Of a stretch of DNA of 51,604 nt, positions 8,454 through 17,687 are shown one piece after another (position 1 is the first letter of the stretch; each line of letters starts with the position of its first letter). The stretch is from IMG/VR virus record IMGVR_UViG_3300036861_000596, positions 1 to 51,604 of that record; one strand, given 5' to 3'. The DNA comes from a virus. Its lineage: Duplodnaviria > Caudoviricetes. The notes under the pieces are model-generated. The model was not told where the DNA came from. It searched no databases and saw only the letters and a program-made list of their open reading frames with translations. The position numbers and the translations under genes are program-made.

Positions 8454-8969
8454 CTACTGTTCGAGGTAGATGTAGGTGGTGAGGTCGTTGTTGGCAGGGG
8501 CGAGGTCGGCGGAGGTGATGATGACCGCGCCGATGCGATCCCCGGCGACGACGGTGTCAACGTCCTTGTTCTGGACGGTGACCCAGCTCCGAACGCTCGT
8601 CGCGGCGTTGACGTTCGTGAACACGGTCGAGCCGTTCTTGGTCACGCGGACGCTGACAGTCCCGGCGGTGATGTGCGTGGAGAGGCAACTGGCCACGCCG
8701 ATGATGGAGCCGCCCCGCAGGGTCGGGACGGTATCCTCCGCCCCGGAGATGGCGGCGAGGTCGTGGACGGTGCTCGCCATCGACGTAGTGAGGTTGAGGT
8801 TGACGAAGGGCCCTACCGCCATCAACAGGCCCCCGACGTTCTGCGTGACAACGTCGCCGTTATTCAACAGGCCGGTCCCGACCGTCTGGGAGTCTCCCGA
8901 AGTGGCAAACTCCAGGAGGGTGCTCGACCCAACGAGCTTGAGGGGTGCGGACATGGTCTTACGAGCCAT
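8454..8969 (-). CDS. Putative head fibre/decoration protein
   Basis: 171 aa, beta-rich, after the capsid gene, AAGGA RBS. Confidence 0.6.
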   Translation of the reverse strand: MARKTMSAPLKLVGSSTLLEFATSGDSQTVGTGLLNNGDVVTQNVGGLLMAVGPFVNLNLTTSMASTVHDLAAISGAEDTVPTLRGGSIIGVASCLSTHITAGTVSVRVTKNGSTVFTNVNAATSVRSWVTVQNKDVDTVVAGDRIGAVIITSADLAPANNDLTTYIYLEQ

Positions 8970-8989
8970 CGATTGTCCTTATGGGAGGG

Positions 8990-9092
8990 CCCCCTCCCTC
9001 CACACACGGGCTGACACGCCGGCACCGGCGTCTCTCCGTGCCTAAAGGGGTGGAGGGAGGGGGGTTGCTTGAATAGCGCGGAAGGCTATTCA
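8990..9092 (-). other. Structured intergenic element downstream of the capsid gene
   Basis: 14-bp inverted repeat 8990-9003/9050-9063 with nested stems; second hairpin 9070-9077/9085-9092. Confidence 0.6.
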
Positions 9093-9105
9093 GGTGAGCT
9101 TAGAA

Positions 9106-10026
9106 CTAGGCTCCTGGCGAGCCCCACACCTGCCGCCAATCGACGCAGCCCCTCGACCAGCGGGCCCGCACAACCGACAGCATCGTGGTGTTCTTGATAT
9201 CAAAGTCGCTCGACGAGGTGAAGGGCAGGCGGTCGTAGGCCCGCAGTCCCATGTCGTTCACGTCCGAGGGCTTCGCCACGAACCAATACGCGTCCGTGTC
9301 GGTGATCTCGGACCAGAAGACCGGCGTGAGCCCCTCATTCTCCTCGTTGAGGATGTTCTTCTCGTTATCGGTCGTGTAGGGCTTGTCCGGGGACTTGAAC
9401 ACCTCCCCGTACACCCACCGCATCGCGGGGTTGGCCACGAAGTAGGCCGGCTGGGCCCCGATGCGGATGCCCTGGTCGTCGGTCAGGTTGGCGAAGTGGT
9501 TGAACACGGTCTGCGCCGCGCTGATCCCCAGGTCGGCCGCCCCCAGGTTGGAGATGGTGGAGCCGTTGTAGAGGGTGTGCGTGGCACAGATATCCGACCC
9601 GTCGGCCGCATCCTCGGTCCCGAACGAGTTGTTGAAGACGTTGCTGAAGTTGACTTCCTTGGTGAAGCGGTGCGACTTCGCAGCCGCCTTGGCGAGGCTG
9701 GCGACCAGCTCATCCTGGTCGTCGTCCTCCATCTCCTCCGTCACCTGCCACGCCACGCCGAACTTGGTGTGCGTGAACTTCTTGTCGAAGAGCTGCGCGA
9801 CCGAGGCGAGCGGGTAGTCCTCACCCTCCCCAACGACGGAGAAGGTCGGGAACCCGGTGAACCCGGTCACGTTCTCGAACTGACGCTTGCTCTTCTTCCA
9901 GCCGAAGAGCTTCTTCCAGGCGCTCTTCTTCTCGTCCAGGTCGCGCGACTGGATATAGACGGCGTCGATGAACGCCAGCCGACTCGTGAAAATGTCAGGG
10001 TAGTTGTTGCGAACCATCATGGGCAT
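9106..10026 (-). CDS. Major capsid protein (HK97 fold, Mu gpT-like)
   Basis: 306 aa; EGEDYP, HTKFGVAWQVTEEMEDDD, DWRQVWGSPGA end; follows scaffold and decoration genes. Confidence 0.88.
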   Translation of the reverse strand: MPMMVRNNYPDIFTSRLAFIDAVYIQSRDLDEKKSAWKKLFGWKKSKRQFENVTGFTGFPTFSVVGEGEDYPLASVAQLFDKKFTHTKFGVAWQVTEEMEDDDQDELVASLAKAAAKSHRFTKEVNFSNVFNNSFGTEDAADGSDICATHTLYNGSTISNLGAADLGISAAQTVFNHFANLTDDQGIRIGAQPAYFVANPAMRWVYGEVFKSPDKPYTTDNEKNILNEENEGLTPVFWSEITDTDAYWFVAKPSDVNDMGLRAYDRLPFTSSSDFDIKNTTMLSVVRARWSRGCVDWRQVWGSPGA

Positions 10027-10039
10027 CTACATATCCCCC

Positions 10040-10525
10040 TTACACACCGACCCGGCTCTTGCCGGCCAGCCAGTGCTCGCTGATCTTGACGATGAGGGGG
10101 ATGTTCTTCCCGAAGGCCACGTCCGGGTCCTTCCCGATGATGCGGAGCTGGGCGGTCGCGGTCGTGGCGGTGGAGATATCCAGCTCGTGCTGAGACTTCA
10201 GGAACGTTGCATTCCCGGTGGTGGCGAGAATATCGGCGTTGGTGCCGATGGTGGTCTGGGCAGGGGTCCCGGCGGCCCCGTCGTCCTGGATGTAGTACTG
10301 CTGGTCAGGATGGTCGGAGACGAGGACGGTGTTGTAGGTCGCGCTCTTATATGAGAGCGCCATCCCGACGAGGAAGGTGTTGCCGGCGGTGGCGATGGCG
10401 GCTTTGCCATCGACCCGCATGAGAACGGCATCACCCGGATAGATAGCGGCGCTGGTACCGGCGTTGTACTCCTTCATGTGAAGGATGCGCCCCGCCGGCC
10501 AGAACCCGCGAGGGTTGTCAGCCAT
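10040..10525 (-). CDS. Capsid decoration/cement protein
   Basis: 161 aa, DNPRGFWP...IYPGDAV...DHPDQQYYIQ; directly upstream of the capsid gene. Confidence 0.65.
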   Translation of the reverse strand: MADNPRGFWPAGRILHMKEYNAGTSAAIYPGDAVLMRVDGKAAIATAGNTFLVGMALSYKSATYNTVLVSDHPDQQYYIQDDGAAGTPAQTTIGTNADILATTGNATFLKSQHELDISTATTATAQLRIIGKDPDVAFGKNIPLIVKISEHWLAGKSRVGV

Positions 10526-10527
10526 AG

Positions 10528-11046
10528 TTAGGTTGCCTTTTCGATCTCCGCTGCGCTCAGGTCATCAGCGCCCAGGTACACCTTCGGCGGGGTAACCCCA
10601 GCAGAGCGGGAGAGACGAGCGACTTCTTCTTTGAAGCGCTCAGGGTTGCGGGAAGTTTTCGTTTGGTCGATGGTGCGGTCGCGCGTGCGGCGGCGGCGCT
10701 CGCGGGCCAGGCGGCCCGGTATCACGCCGAGGAAGGCGTCCTCGTTCCAGCGGATCAGGTTGTCGACCGAGATGCGAATCCCCGGTGCGCACCGTCCCCG
10801 CTCGATGAGGGCCCTGTCGGCAGCATCCGGCGAGTAGGCTTCGTATCCACGCCACCCGCCGCCACGATCAATGTACGGCTTCGAGAGCCACCGCCATTCC
10901 TTGTCCCCGCTCTTGAACTTGGCGAGGATAGATTTGGGGGGGCTCGGGATGCCGTCTCGATTCCACAACTCCTCTACGTCGATGTACTCACCCGCTTCCA
11001 CCGTCTCGGCAACCACGTCTACTTTCGGCTTCTTCTGAAAGGCCAT
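10528..11046 (-). CDS. Hypothetical head-module protein
   Basis: 172 aa between scaffold and decoration genes. Confidence 0.6.
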   Translation of the reverse strand: MAFQKKPKVDVVAETVEAGEYIDVEELWNRDGIPSPPKSILAKFKSGDKEWRWLSKPYIDRGGGWRGYEAYSPDAADRALIERGRCAPGIRISVDNLIRWNEDAFLGVIPGRLARERRRRTRDRTIDQTKTSRNPERFKEEVARLSRSAGVTPPKVYLGADDLSAAEIEKAT

Positions 11047-11050
11047 CTCG

Positions 11051-11860
11051 CTAACTCACCACGATGTTGCGACCCGCCCGCTTTGCAGCGAGGGTCTTGG
11101 CAAAGATTTTGGGGTCCACACCGCCCGCTTCAGCCATGTCGCGCTCCCGCTGGGTCAGCTTCACCTCGTCCCCCTCATCAGCGACGGGGCGACGGGCGCC
11201 ACGCCCGACGTTCTGCGACTCCACCTCGATCGTCTTGTCCACGTTCGAGCGCCGGGCCTTCGGGGCGAGCCCGAGACGGCCAGCGGCCCGCTCTGTCGCG
11301 GTGTAGTGGGCGTTGGGCAGGGCCCGCTCCCAGTCCGTCATCTCCCGGTGGTAGATCTGCATGCCGACCTTGTGCAGCTCACTCGACGTGTCGTAGGCTT
11401 CCGGCCACGCCTCGCGCAGGGCGGACGAGGCCCGCTCGTGCTCCTGGTCGTTGCGGTAGCGGGCGTAGCCCTGTTGGGACGCCTCCTCGATGAGCTGGCG
11501 GCGCTCGTCGGCGGCGACCGCGGTGCGCTTGGCCTCCAGGCGGCGGTACGCCTCGTAGGGGTCGATGCGGGCGAGTTCGCGGAGAGCGGCCTCGTCGTCA
11601 TCGGCCTGGCCGGTCGGCTTCGTTTGCCCCGCCCGCTGATACGCCTCGATAACGGTCTTGGCGACGCCGACGGCCTGCTGGTACTTGGGGAACTCGGTCT
11701 CCAACTGCTGCCAGCGGGCGGCCTTGCCCTTGTACGCCTCGGGCTCATCCTCGATGCCGTACTTCTCCTTGACGTAGCGGCGGAGGGTGGTCTCGTCGGG
11801 CTCGGCGGGGGGCGGTGGGGTGGGCGGGGTGGCGGGTGTGATCTCGATCGGCTCAGCCAT
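11051..11860 (-). CDS. Capsid scaffolding protein
   Basis: Charged and helical, Pro-rich N-terminus, VKLTQRERDMA C-terminal motif; position after portal. Confidence 0.7.
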   Translation of the reverse strand: MAEPIEITPATPPTPPPPAEPDETTLRRYVKEKYGIEDEPEAYKGKAARWQQLETEFPKYQQAVGVAKTVIEAYQRAGQTKPTGQADDDEAALRELARIDPYEAYRRLEAKRTAVAADERRQLIEEASQQGYARYRNDQEHERASSALREAWPEAYDTSSELHKVGMQIYHREMTDWERALPNAHYTATERAAGRLGLAPKARRSNVDKTIEVESQNVGRGARRPVADEGDEVKLTQRERDMAEAGGVDPKIFAKTLAAKRAGRNIVVS

Positions 11861-11861
11861 G

Positions 11862-12065
11862 CTAGGCGGTGTCCTTTCTCTGCATCTCACGAAGGCGACT
11901 CAGCGCCATCTCCACCCCTTCCAGGCGACCGAGGGCGAGGGCGTGGTCGGAGGTGGGGGCGCGGGCGGCTCGCTTCAACAGATCGGTTTGGATAGCGGTG
12001 AGGGTGGCGAAGATCGCATGCCAGCCCTCCTCTTGGGCAAAGAACTCCCTCAACGCAACGTCCAT
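11862..12065 (-). CDS. Small protein between portal and scaffold
   Basis: 67 aa, helical. Confidence 0.6.
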   Translation of the reverse strand: MDVALREFFAQEEGWHAIFATLTAIQTDLLKRAARAPTSDHALALGRLEGVEMALSRLREMQRKDTA

Positions 12066-12087
12066 TCAGCTTCTCCGGGTAGGGGGG

Positions 12088-14325
12088 CTAGAAGGTGAGC
12101 CCGCCGGGCTGCGGGGGGCGCGGGACCTGTGTGGGCCCGCCGCCGACCCCCGCCGGGAGCCCCGGTTGGGGCTGGGGCTGGGCCGCCATCATCATCTGCT
12201 GCATCTGCTGGGCGAGCATCTCCTGCATCGCGGCTTGCTGGCGGGCTTGGAGCTGGTGCTGCGCGACGAGCCGCACTTCTGGAGCGAGCCCGACCGCGTC
12301 CGGCGACTGGAGGTACCGCCCGAGCTTATCGACGATGACCTGGTGGTTCTCCCCCGGCATCGGCAGCACGTCCTCCCCAGCGAGCACGCGCCCCAACACC
12401 TCGTCAGGGTTGCGGGCGGCCGGCTGGGGCGGGGCCTGGATGATACGCTCGATGTTGGGCACGTCGAACACCTTCAACAACTGGCGGTACCACTCGGCGA
12501 TCCCCTGCGGGGTCATCACGCCCATTTGCATCAGGAATCCCTGGACGTTTGGACCGAGCGGCCCCTGTGCGAAGAAGCTAAAGGTGTTGCGCTCGATTTC
12601 GCGGTCGGTCGAGAGGGAGTTACCGGTGAACTTGAGGTCGAGCAACTTCGACAGGTCGTCACGGGTCACCACCACGTCCGGCGCGCCGAGGGCCCCACGG
12701 ATACGCACCTCGCGCCCGGGCGGCATGTACTGGCGGTAGAGGGCGAGGATCTGCGTGAGGAGGCGCTTGAAGTCCTCCTGGATGCGCCGAACCTGGAGGT
12801 CGTTCCCGATGGCGCTCTGGGAGGCAAGCTGCTGCACGCCCGTCGCGGTCCGCGAGGCACCCTGCGTGTCCCCGGGCCGCCCCATCGTGATATCGTTCAC
12901 CTTCGTGCGCTTCTCGATCAGATCCCAAATGACGCGTTCCTCATCGCGCCGCCACGCCGTATAGTCGGCGGGCTGGGCCATCTTCACCGCGTTCACATCA
13001 TCGACGGGGATCATGACGCCCGGCTCAAGGGGCACACGCTCGGCCGGCAACCCAGCCTGGGGCTGATACCACCCATACGGGGTATTGCCGATGGTGCCCG
13101 CATCGATCCGCTGGTTGTGGATCGTGTTGATCTCGGCTTGCAACCCGTCGAGGATGAAGGGGTACCCGACGGACCAGAAGGCATCGGCAACGGGGAACAT
13201 GCCGAAGGTGACGAAGGGGCGCATCCCGTGCCGGTACACCTCTTCCAGCCGGTTAACCCGCAGCACGATATCGGGCTTCTCCTTGACGACGGTGCCGATG
13301 ATCTCCTCGTCGTACCCATCATCGTTGACATCGTACTTGCGGTAGCTGTCGAGCAGCTCGATCCGGGAGGGGGTACCGACGCGCTGGGTCTCGGCCGCGC
13401 CGGTGATGGCCTCCCGCACTTCCTTCGCCCCGGAGGTGTTGGTGTCGGGGGCCTTGGAGGGGTCCTCCAGCAGCTCCAGGTCCTCCAACTCGGACTTGTC
13501 GAGCTTGCGGAACGTCCCCTTCCGGCACTCCCGCTTGATCTGGTCTAGCGTGAGCCAGTAGCGGTGGGTGACGTGGTCGGCGCGCTGGAGGTCGGCGGGC
13601 GCGTCCGACTCGACGCAGAAGTCCTCGGGGTTCACGTAGGTGATGAGGGGCGCGTCCCGGACCACCTCGTTGCGCTCGGTGAACACGTAGACCTTCGTCG
13701 GGGTCTTCTCCACCTCGACGACGCGCTTGCCCTTCTCGGCCACCATCACGACGTACTCTTGGGCCTGCTCGGGCGAGCCCCCCGTCCGCTGGACCGCCTC
13801 GACGAGGGTCGTCTCGGCCTGGTAGATGGCCTGGAGCGCCTCTTGGAGGGGCGTGTCGGGGGGGAACTCGTGGCGGTCCCGGACGTGGCGAATCTGAAGA
13901 TCCCACGTCACCTTCACCGGCTGGGTCCCCACCACGCACGCGCTGAGCAAGACCCGGTCCATGATGGGGAAGAGGGCACAGTCCTCCCGCACGGCCCAGT
14001 CGAGGAACTGCTCCTGCTTCTTGGCGTATTCCTCGTCGGAGGGGTCCTGGGGCTGGAAGGCGGCGATAGGCTCGGGCTTGAAGAGGGCCGCCATGTAGCG
14101 CGGGTGGGCCGTATCGATGACCGTTGCGGTCACCGGCACGAACAGATTCGACGCCCCCTCCCACGGCTCGTCCTTGGCGACGGGGCGGTTCTGGTACATC
14201 GCCAGCCACTTCGGCAGATCGTCGAGCCACTGCTGCCGGTCGTCGTTATCGTCCTCCCAGTCCTCGACGATGAGTTGGCCGAGTTCGGTCAGCTCCTCCG
14301 CGGGCAACTCGACGTGCTTGGGCAC
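12088..14325 (-). CDS. Portal protein (podovirus-like)
   Basis: 745 aa after TerL; PWEGASNLFVP, Q/P-rich C-terminus. Confidence 0.88.
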   Translation of the reverse strand: MPKHVELPAEELTELGQLIVEDWEDDNDDRQQWLDDLPKWLAMYQNRPVAKDEPWEGASNLFVPVTATVIDTAHPRYMAALFKPEPIAAFQPQDPSDEEYAKKQEQFLDWAVREDCALFPIMDRVLLSACVVGTQPVKVTWDLQIRHVRDRHEFPPDTPLQEALQAIYQAETTLVEAVQRTGGSPEQAQEYVVMVAEKGKRVVEVEKTPTKVYVFTERNEVVRDAPLITYVNPEDFCVESDAPADLQRADHVTHRYWLTLDQIKRECRKGTFRKLDKSELEDLELLEDPSKAPDTNTSGAKEVREAITGAAETQRVGTPSRIELLDSYRKYDVNDDGYDEEIIGTVVKEKPDIVLRVNRLEEVYRHGMRPFVTFGMFPVADAFWSVGYPFILDGLQAEINTIHNQRIDAGTIGNTPYGWYQPQAGLPAERVPLEPGVMIPVDDVNAVKMAQPADYTAWRRDEERVIWDLIEKRTKVNDITMGRPGDTQGASRTATGVQQLASQSAIGNDLQVRRIQEDFKRLLTQILALYRQYMPPGREVRIRGALGAPDVVVTRDDLSKLLDLKFTGNSLSTDREIERNTFSFFAQGPLGPNVQGFLMQMGVMTPQGIAEWYRQLLKVFDVPNIERIIQAPPQPAARNPDEVLGRVLAGEDVLPMPGENHQVIVDKLGRYLQSPDAVGLAPEVRLVAQHQLQARQQAAMQEMLAQQMQQMMMAAQPQPQPGLPAGVGGGPTQVPRPPQPGGLTF

Positions 14326-15725
14326 TAGCGGACCCGCCGGAAGGCGTAGTAGCGGCCGGCGCGGGGGCTCTTCACCGTGTGGGGGTCTCCTGCGAGGTCG
14401 TAGAGGTGGATGATGATGTAGCGGAGGGCGTCGAAGAGGGGGCTGTAGTCGGGGTCCTGGACGGGCTCGTCCTTATCCGGGGCGTAGACGTAGCGCCCGT
14501 CGAAGCCGGCGATCAGGCGCCGCGTCGAGTCGTCGGGGGAGATGAGGAGGCCCGGCTCGCCGTCGTCCCGCATGTCGAGCAGGTTGCGGATGATGTTGAA
14601 GCCGCGCTCGATCGGGGCGGGCTTGTAGCGGACGGGGAGGCCGTGGGCCCGGAAAATCTGCGCGTCGGTCTCCTTCGCGCTCGATACGCGCCGGTTGGCG
14701 TCATGCCCGCCGAAGCACTCGATTTCCCCGCCCGGGAACCACTCGTCGGTACGGCGCTTGAGCCCAACGGCGAGCTTGTAGGTGTCCAGCTCCCGCGGGG
14801 CCCACGTCTTGAGGATGACGAGGCGGTTGTCGGGGTCGATCTGGGCCCACACGACGCCCGGCGCCCGAAACCCCCAATCCACCCCGACGTAGAGCGGGCG
14901 GTTCTTCTGCCAGCCGAGGGGGGCGCGGGCGACGTGGAGGGTGGGCCGGAACGCGGGGAAGATCGGGCGCTCCTGATCACTCTCAGCCCATTCCCCGTCG
15001 AGGTACTTCTGTATCCAGATCGGGTCGTAGCGGGACCGCAGGTCCTCGATATAGCCAGGCGGGAGGTGCGCCTTGTTCTCGGTGCTGTTCGTCCGGTAGA
15101 TGGTGTAGTGCTCGCGCTGGGCCGGGATGCGGGCCTTCTCCTCGACGAACCACTTGTAGATCCAGTGGCGGCGGCTCGTCGGGTTGTTGGCGAGCAGGCC
15201 CACCCGCGGGTAGCCCAACTGGCGGCACCGGCCGATGAGCATGCTTACCGCCGGCTCGGTCACCTGGTCGGCCTCATCGACGCCGAAGCTGGCGATGTCG
15301 AGGGACTTGTACTTGGTCTCCGCGCCCTCTAGCGACCGAAACTTGATAACCGACCCATTCGGCCACCGATACTCCATCTCCCCGGAGTTCCACACCCCGA
15401 CGCTGAGGGTCGTGCCGGCTGGGGCCTGCGACCGCAGCGCCTCGTCAAGGTCGGCGACGAGGGTGTGGAAGGTGACGAGGGTGGTGTCACGCAGCTCGGT
15501 ATAGTTGAACCGCCCCAGCAGGGTCTTGATACCGGGATAGGCGAGGCTGAGCCCGATCATGGCCCGGCAGAGGTACCAGCTCTTCCCCGACCCGAGCGAG
15601 CCCGTGTAGTCGATCATGCGGACGAAGGGGTCGGCGGGCTGGGCGAGGGCGAGGGTGTCGAGGCACTTCTGCTGGGTTGGGAGGGGGGTCCAGAGCTTGC
15701 CGATATCGAGGGTGATGCGATCCAC
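14325..15725 (-). CDS. terL: Terminase large subunit
   Basis: Walker A GSLGSGKS, Walker B GVDEAD, NPT motif, nuclease GVDWG and DALRY. Confidence 0.93.
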   Translation of the reverse strand: MDRITLDIGKLWTPLPTQQKCLDTLALAQPADPFVRMIDYTGSLGSGKSWYLCRAMIGLSLAYPGIKTLLGRFNYTELRDTTLVTFHTLVADLDEALRSQAPAGTTLSVGVWNSGEMEYRWPNGSVIKFRSLEGAETKYKSLDIASFGVDEADQVTEPAVSMLIGRCRQLGYPRVGLLANNPTSRRHWIYKWFVEEKARIPAQREHYTIYRTNSTENKAHLPPGYIEDLRSRYDPIWIQKYLDGEWAESDQERPIFPAFRPTLHVARAPLGWQKNRPLYVGVDWGFRAPGVVWAQIDPDNRLVILKTWAPRELDTYKLAVGLKRRTDEWFPGGEIECFGGHDANRRVSSAKETDAQIFRAHGLPVRYKPAPIERGFNIIRNLLDMRDDGEPGLLISPDDSTRRLIAGFDGRYVYAPDKDEPVQDPDYSPLFDALRYIIIHLYDLAGDPHTVKSPRAGRYYAFRRVR

Positions 15726-15731
15726 GTCTCC

Positions 15732-16025
15732 TCACGATCCGATGGCCTTGTCGCAGTGCCCGGGGTCTACGAGGCTGCAAATCCAGCACACGAAGCGGGC
15801 CCAACAGGGAGGTTTTATGCCCCTCTCGTGCGCATCCCGTAAACGGCGGCCGGCGTGGCTAGAAATCGTCTCGTCCACCAGCCCATTCAGGACCCACACG
15901 TTGACGAGCTGATCGACGGCAATCCAGCGTCGGCGAAACCAGCTCGCGGCGACGTGGGGGTCGGGGGGGATGCCGGGGCTTAGGTCAGACGATTCGGCGG
16001 TGTACCACCTACGGAGCGAGCCCAA
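15732..16025 (-). CDS. Conserved phage protein (DQLxN...DETISS...HC family); start uncertain
   Basis: IAVDQLVN...DETISSHAGR...DPGHC pattern recognised from many phages. Confidence 0.6.
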   Translation of the reverse strand: MGSLRRWYTAESSDLSPGIPPDPHVAASWFRRRWIAVDQLVNVWVLNGLVDETISSHAGRRLRDAHERGIKPPCWARFVCWICSLVDPGHCDKAIGS

Positions 16026-16146
16026 GGAAGCTGAGAAGGGGCTGGACGAGCCCGGTAGGGAGATAGCCGAGGGCCCCGGCCCCGGCGACCGCGAGCCCAG
16101 CGGCGAGGATGAGGTACTTGCGGGAGTTGGCCAGCAGGTGGTTCAT
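16009..16146 (-). CDS. Small membrane protein (holin-like candidate)
   Basis: 45 aa, hydrophobic. Confidence 0.5.
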   Translation of the reverse strand: MNHLLANSRKYLILAAGLAVAGAGALGYLPTGLVQPLLSFLGLAP

Positions 16147-16148
16147 GG

Positions 16149-16400
16149 CTACTCGGCGTGGTCGACGACCGGGTTGAACGAGCCGCGCGGCCCGCAATCG
16201 ACGTTCACGTTGAACGTCGAGTCACCGAGGCAGTTCACCTCGATATGGGGCATCGTCGGGCCGGTCACGTCGGCTCGGGTGCCGCCGTTGGTGCCGTCAC
16301 CATCCCCTGTACAGCCGGCGAGGGCCAGGGCGGTTGTGAGCAGAACTAGGGCGACGAGGGCGACCCTCCCGTCGACGGGACCTTTTGGATCGATCTTCAT
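16149..16400 (-). CDS. Lipoprotein
   Basis: MKIDPK...LALAGC lipobox; AAGGAG RBS. Confidence 0.65.
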   Translation of the reverse strand: MKIDPKGPVDGRVALVALVLLTTALALAGCTGDGDGTNGGTRADVTGPTMPHIEVNCLGDSTFNVNVDCGPRGSFNPVVDHAE

Positions 16401-16402
16401 AC

Positions 16403-17017
16403 CTACTCCTTGTCGAGCACTTCCGCCTCGACGACTTGGGCGACGGTGCGGGGGATGACGCGGGGTCCGAAGGTGTTGTCGGTGATCACCACCTCGACAC
16501 GCTTCTGCTGGGGGCCGCGCTCGTTGTAGCGGGGGTCGTGGTTCTTGAGGAAATAGATGAGCCAAGCGGGAATGCGATTCCCGGGGCTGAGCACCTTTCG
16601 CATGAATAGGCCATGCGCCTCCTCGGTGATGATCTGCTCGACCTCCTGTAGGTCGGCGGAGAGGCGGGCGTGGTCCCGTCGCCAATTCACCAGATCGACG
16701 TAGGGGATGGCGAGCGTGCGGGCCACCGCGGCGAGGTTGCCCTGGTGGGTGAAGTAGGCGGCGACGATCTCCTCGTGGCGCTCGGGGGTGTAGGGGACCG
16801 CGGGGGCCCGATACTCCCCCAGCGAGTGCTCCTCCGTCACCCGCTTCAGCATCCGCCCCCGCTGGCGCCGGAGCAGGGGGCTCCGCTCCTTGTGCGGGCC
16901 CGTCGTCGATAGGACGGGGGCCTTCTCCCAGACGGGGGTGAGCAGGGCGAGCGTTGGGGAGGGCACCTTCGGCAGGGGGACGGGGGGCGGGGCTTCGTTC
17001 GGGTTCGGTTGTGCCAT
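16403..17017 (-). CDS. terS: Terminase small subunit
   Basis: HTH segment (GNLAAVARTLAI..NWRR), LIYFLKN, position upstream of TerL. Confidence 0.75.
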   Translation of the reverse strand: MAQPNPNEAPPPVPLPKVPSPTLALLTPVWEKAPVLSTTGPHKERSPLLRRQRGRMLKRVTEEHSLGEYRAPAVPYTPERHEEIVAAYFTHQGNLAAVARTLAIPYVDLVNWRRDHARLSADLQEVEQIITEEAHGLFMRKVLSPGNRIPAWLIYFLKNHDPRYNERGPQQKRVEVVITDNTFGPRVIPRTVAQVVEAEVLDKE

Positions 17018-17035
17018 GCCTACTTGGTGAAAGTT

Positions 17036-17112
17036 TGGCTGCCGAGGCTGGCCTCGAACCAGCGACCCCCTCGTTAACAGCGAGGTGCTCTACCGGGCTG
17101 AGCTACTCGGCA
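17036..17112 (-). tRNA. tRNA-Asn (GTT) with encoded CCA
   Basis: Acceptor TGCCGAG/CTCGGCA, D stem GCTC/GAGC, anticodon arm CCTCG-CTGTTAA-CGAGG, T arm GCTGG-TTCGAGG-CCAGC, G73, CCA. Confidence 0.95.
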
Positions 17113-17614
17113 GTAGGCGACCCCCCAGTTAGCCCCCCAGAGCGCGTTCGACGAGGGGGGCGCTATCTCCCTATTGGCTGGCGGGCTGGAGGGGCTTGGC
17201 GGGGCCTGTTCGGTTGGTCGCCAGCCTCCCGAACTGCCACTTTCTGGCCAGTTACGGGGGGCGGGACCTTTTTGGCGGGGGGAAAATTGGGCGGGCTAGC
17301 CCCGCGTCGCACCCCCCACCCCCCTTGGGGTCGGGGCCGGTCTTACCAGGGGCCGCCGGCCGGCCCGCCGGGGGCCTCCAAACAGGGTCATTTCGAGGCT
17401 CGACTCGCCAACCAATCCGCCTGCAACGGCGCCCACTTAGCTAGACACTCTCGCCGTATACCGAGCGGTATACGCTCAGCCCCGAGCTGCCCCCCAGGGG
17501 GCAAGGTGTCTGCCCTGTCGGCGAGGTTGGCACGATACTTGCCGGGCCGTTCACCACCCTCGTGCCAACTTGGCACAGCGGCCGAGCCCGCGCTGGGGCT
17601 GGCAAAAATAGAGC

Positions 17615-17642
17615 TTGACAACGTGGTCTAGCATGCTAGACT
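17615..17642 (+). promoter_or_regulatory. Sigma70-type early promoter
   Basis: TTGACA-16 nt-TAGACT with extended TG; AGGAGGAGG RBS downstream. Confidence 0.75.
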
Positions 17643-17687
17643 AGGGGTGTAAGGAACGGCCGATCACCCGAACAGGAGGAGGTCAAC

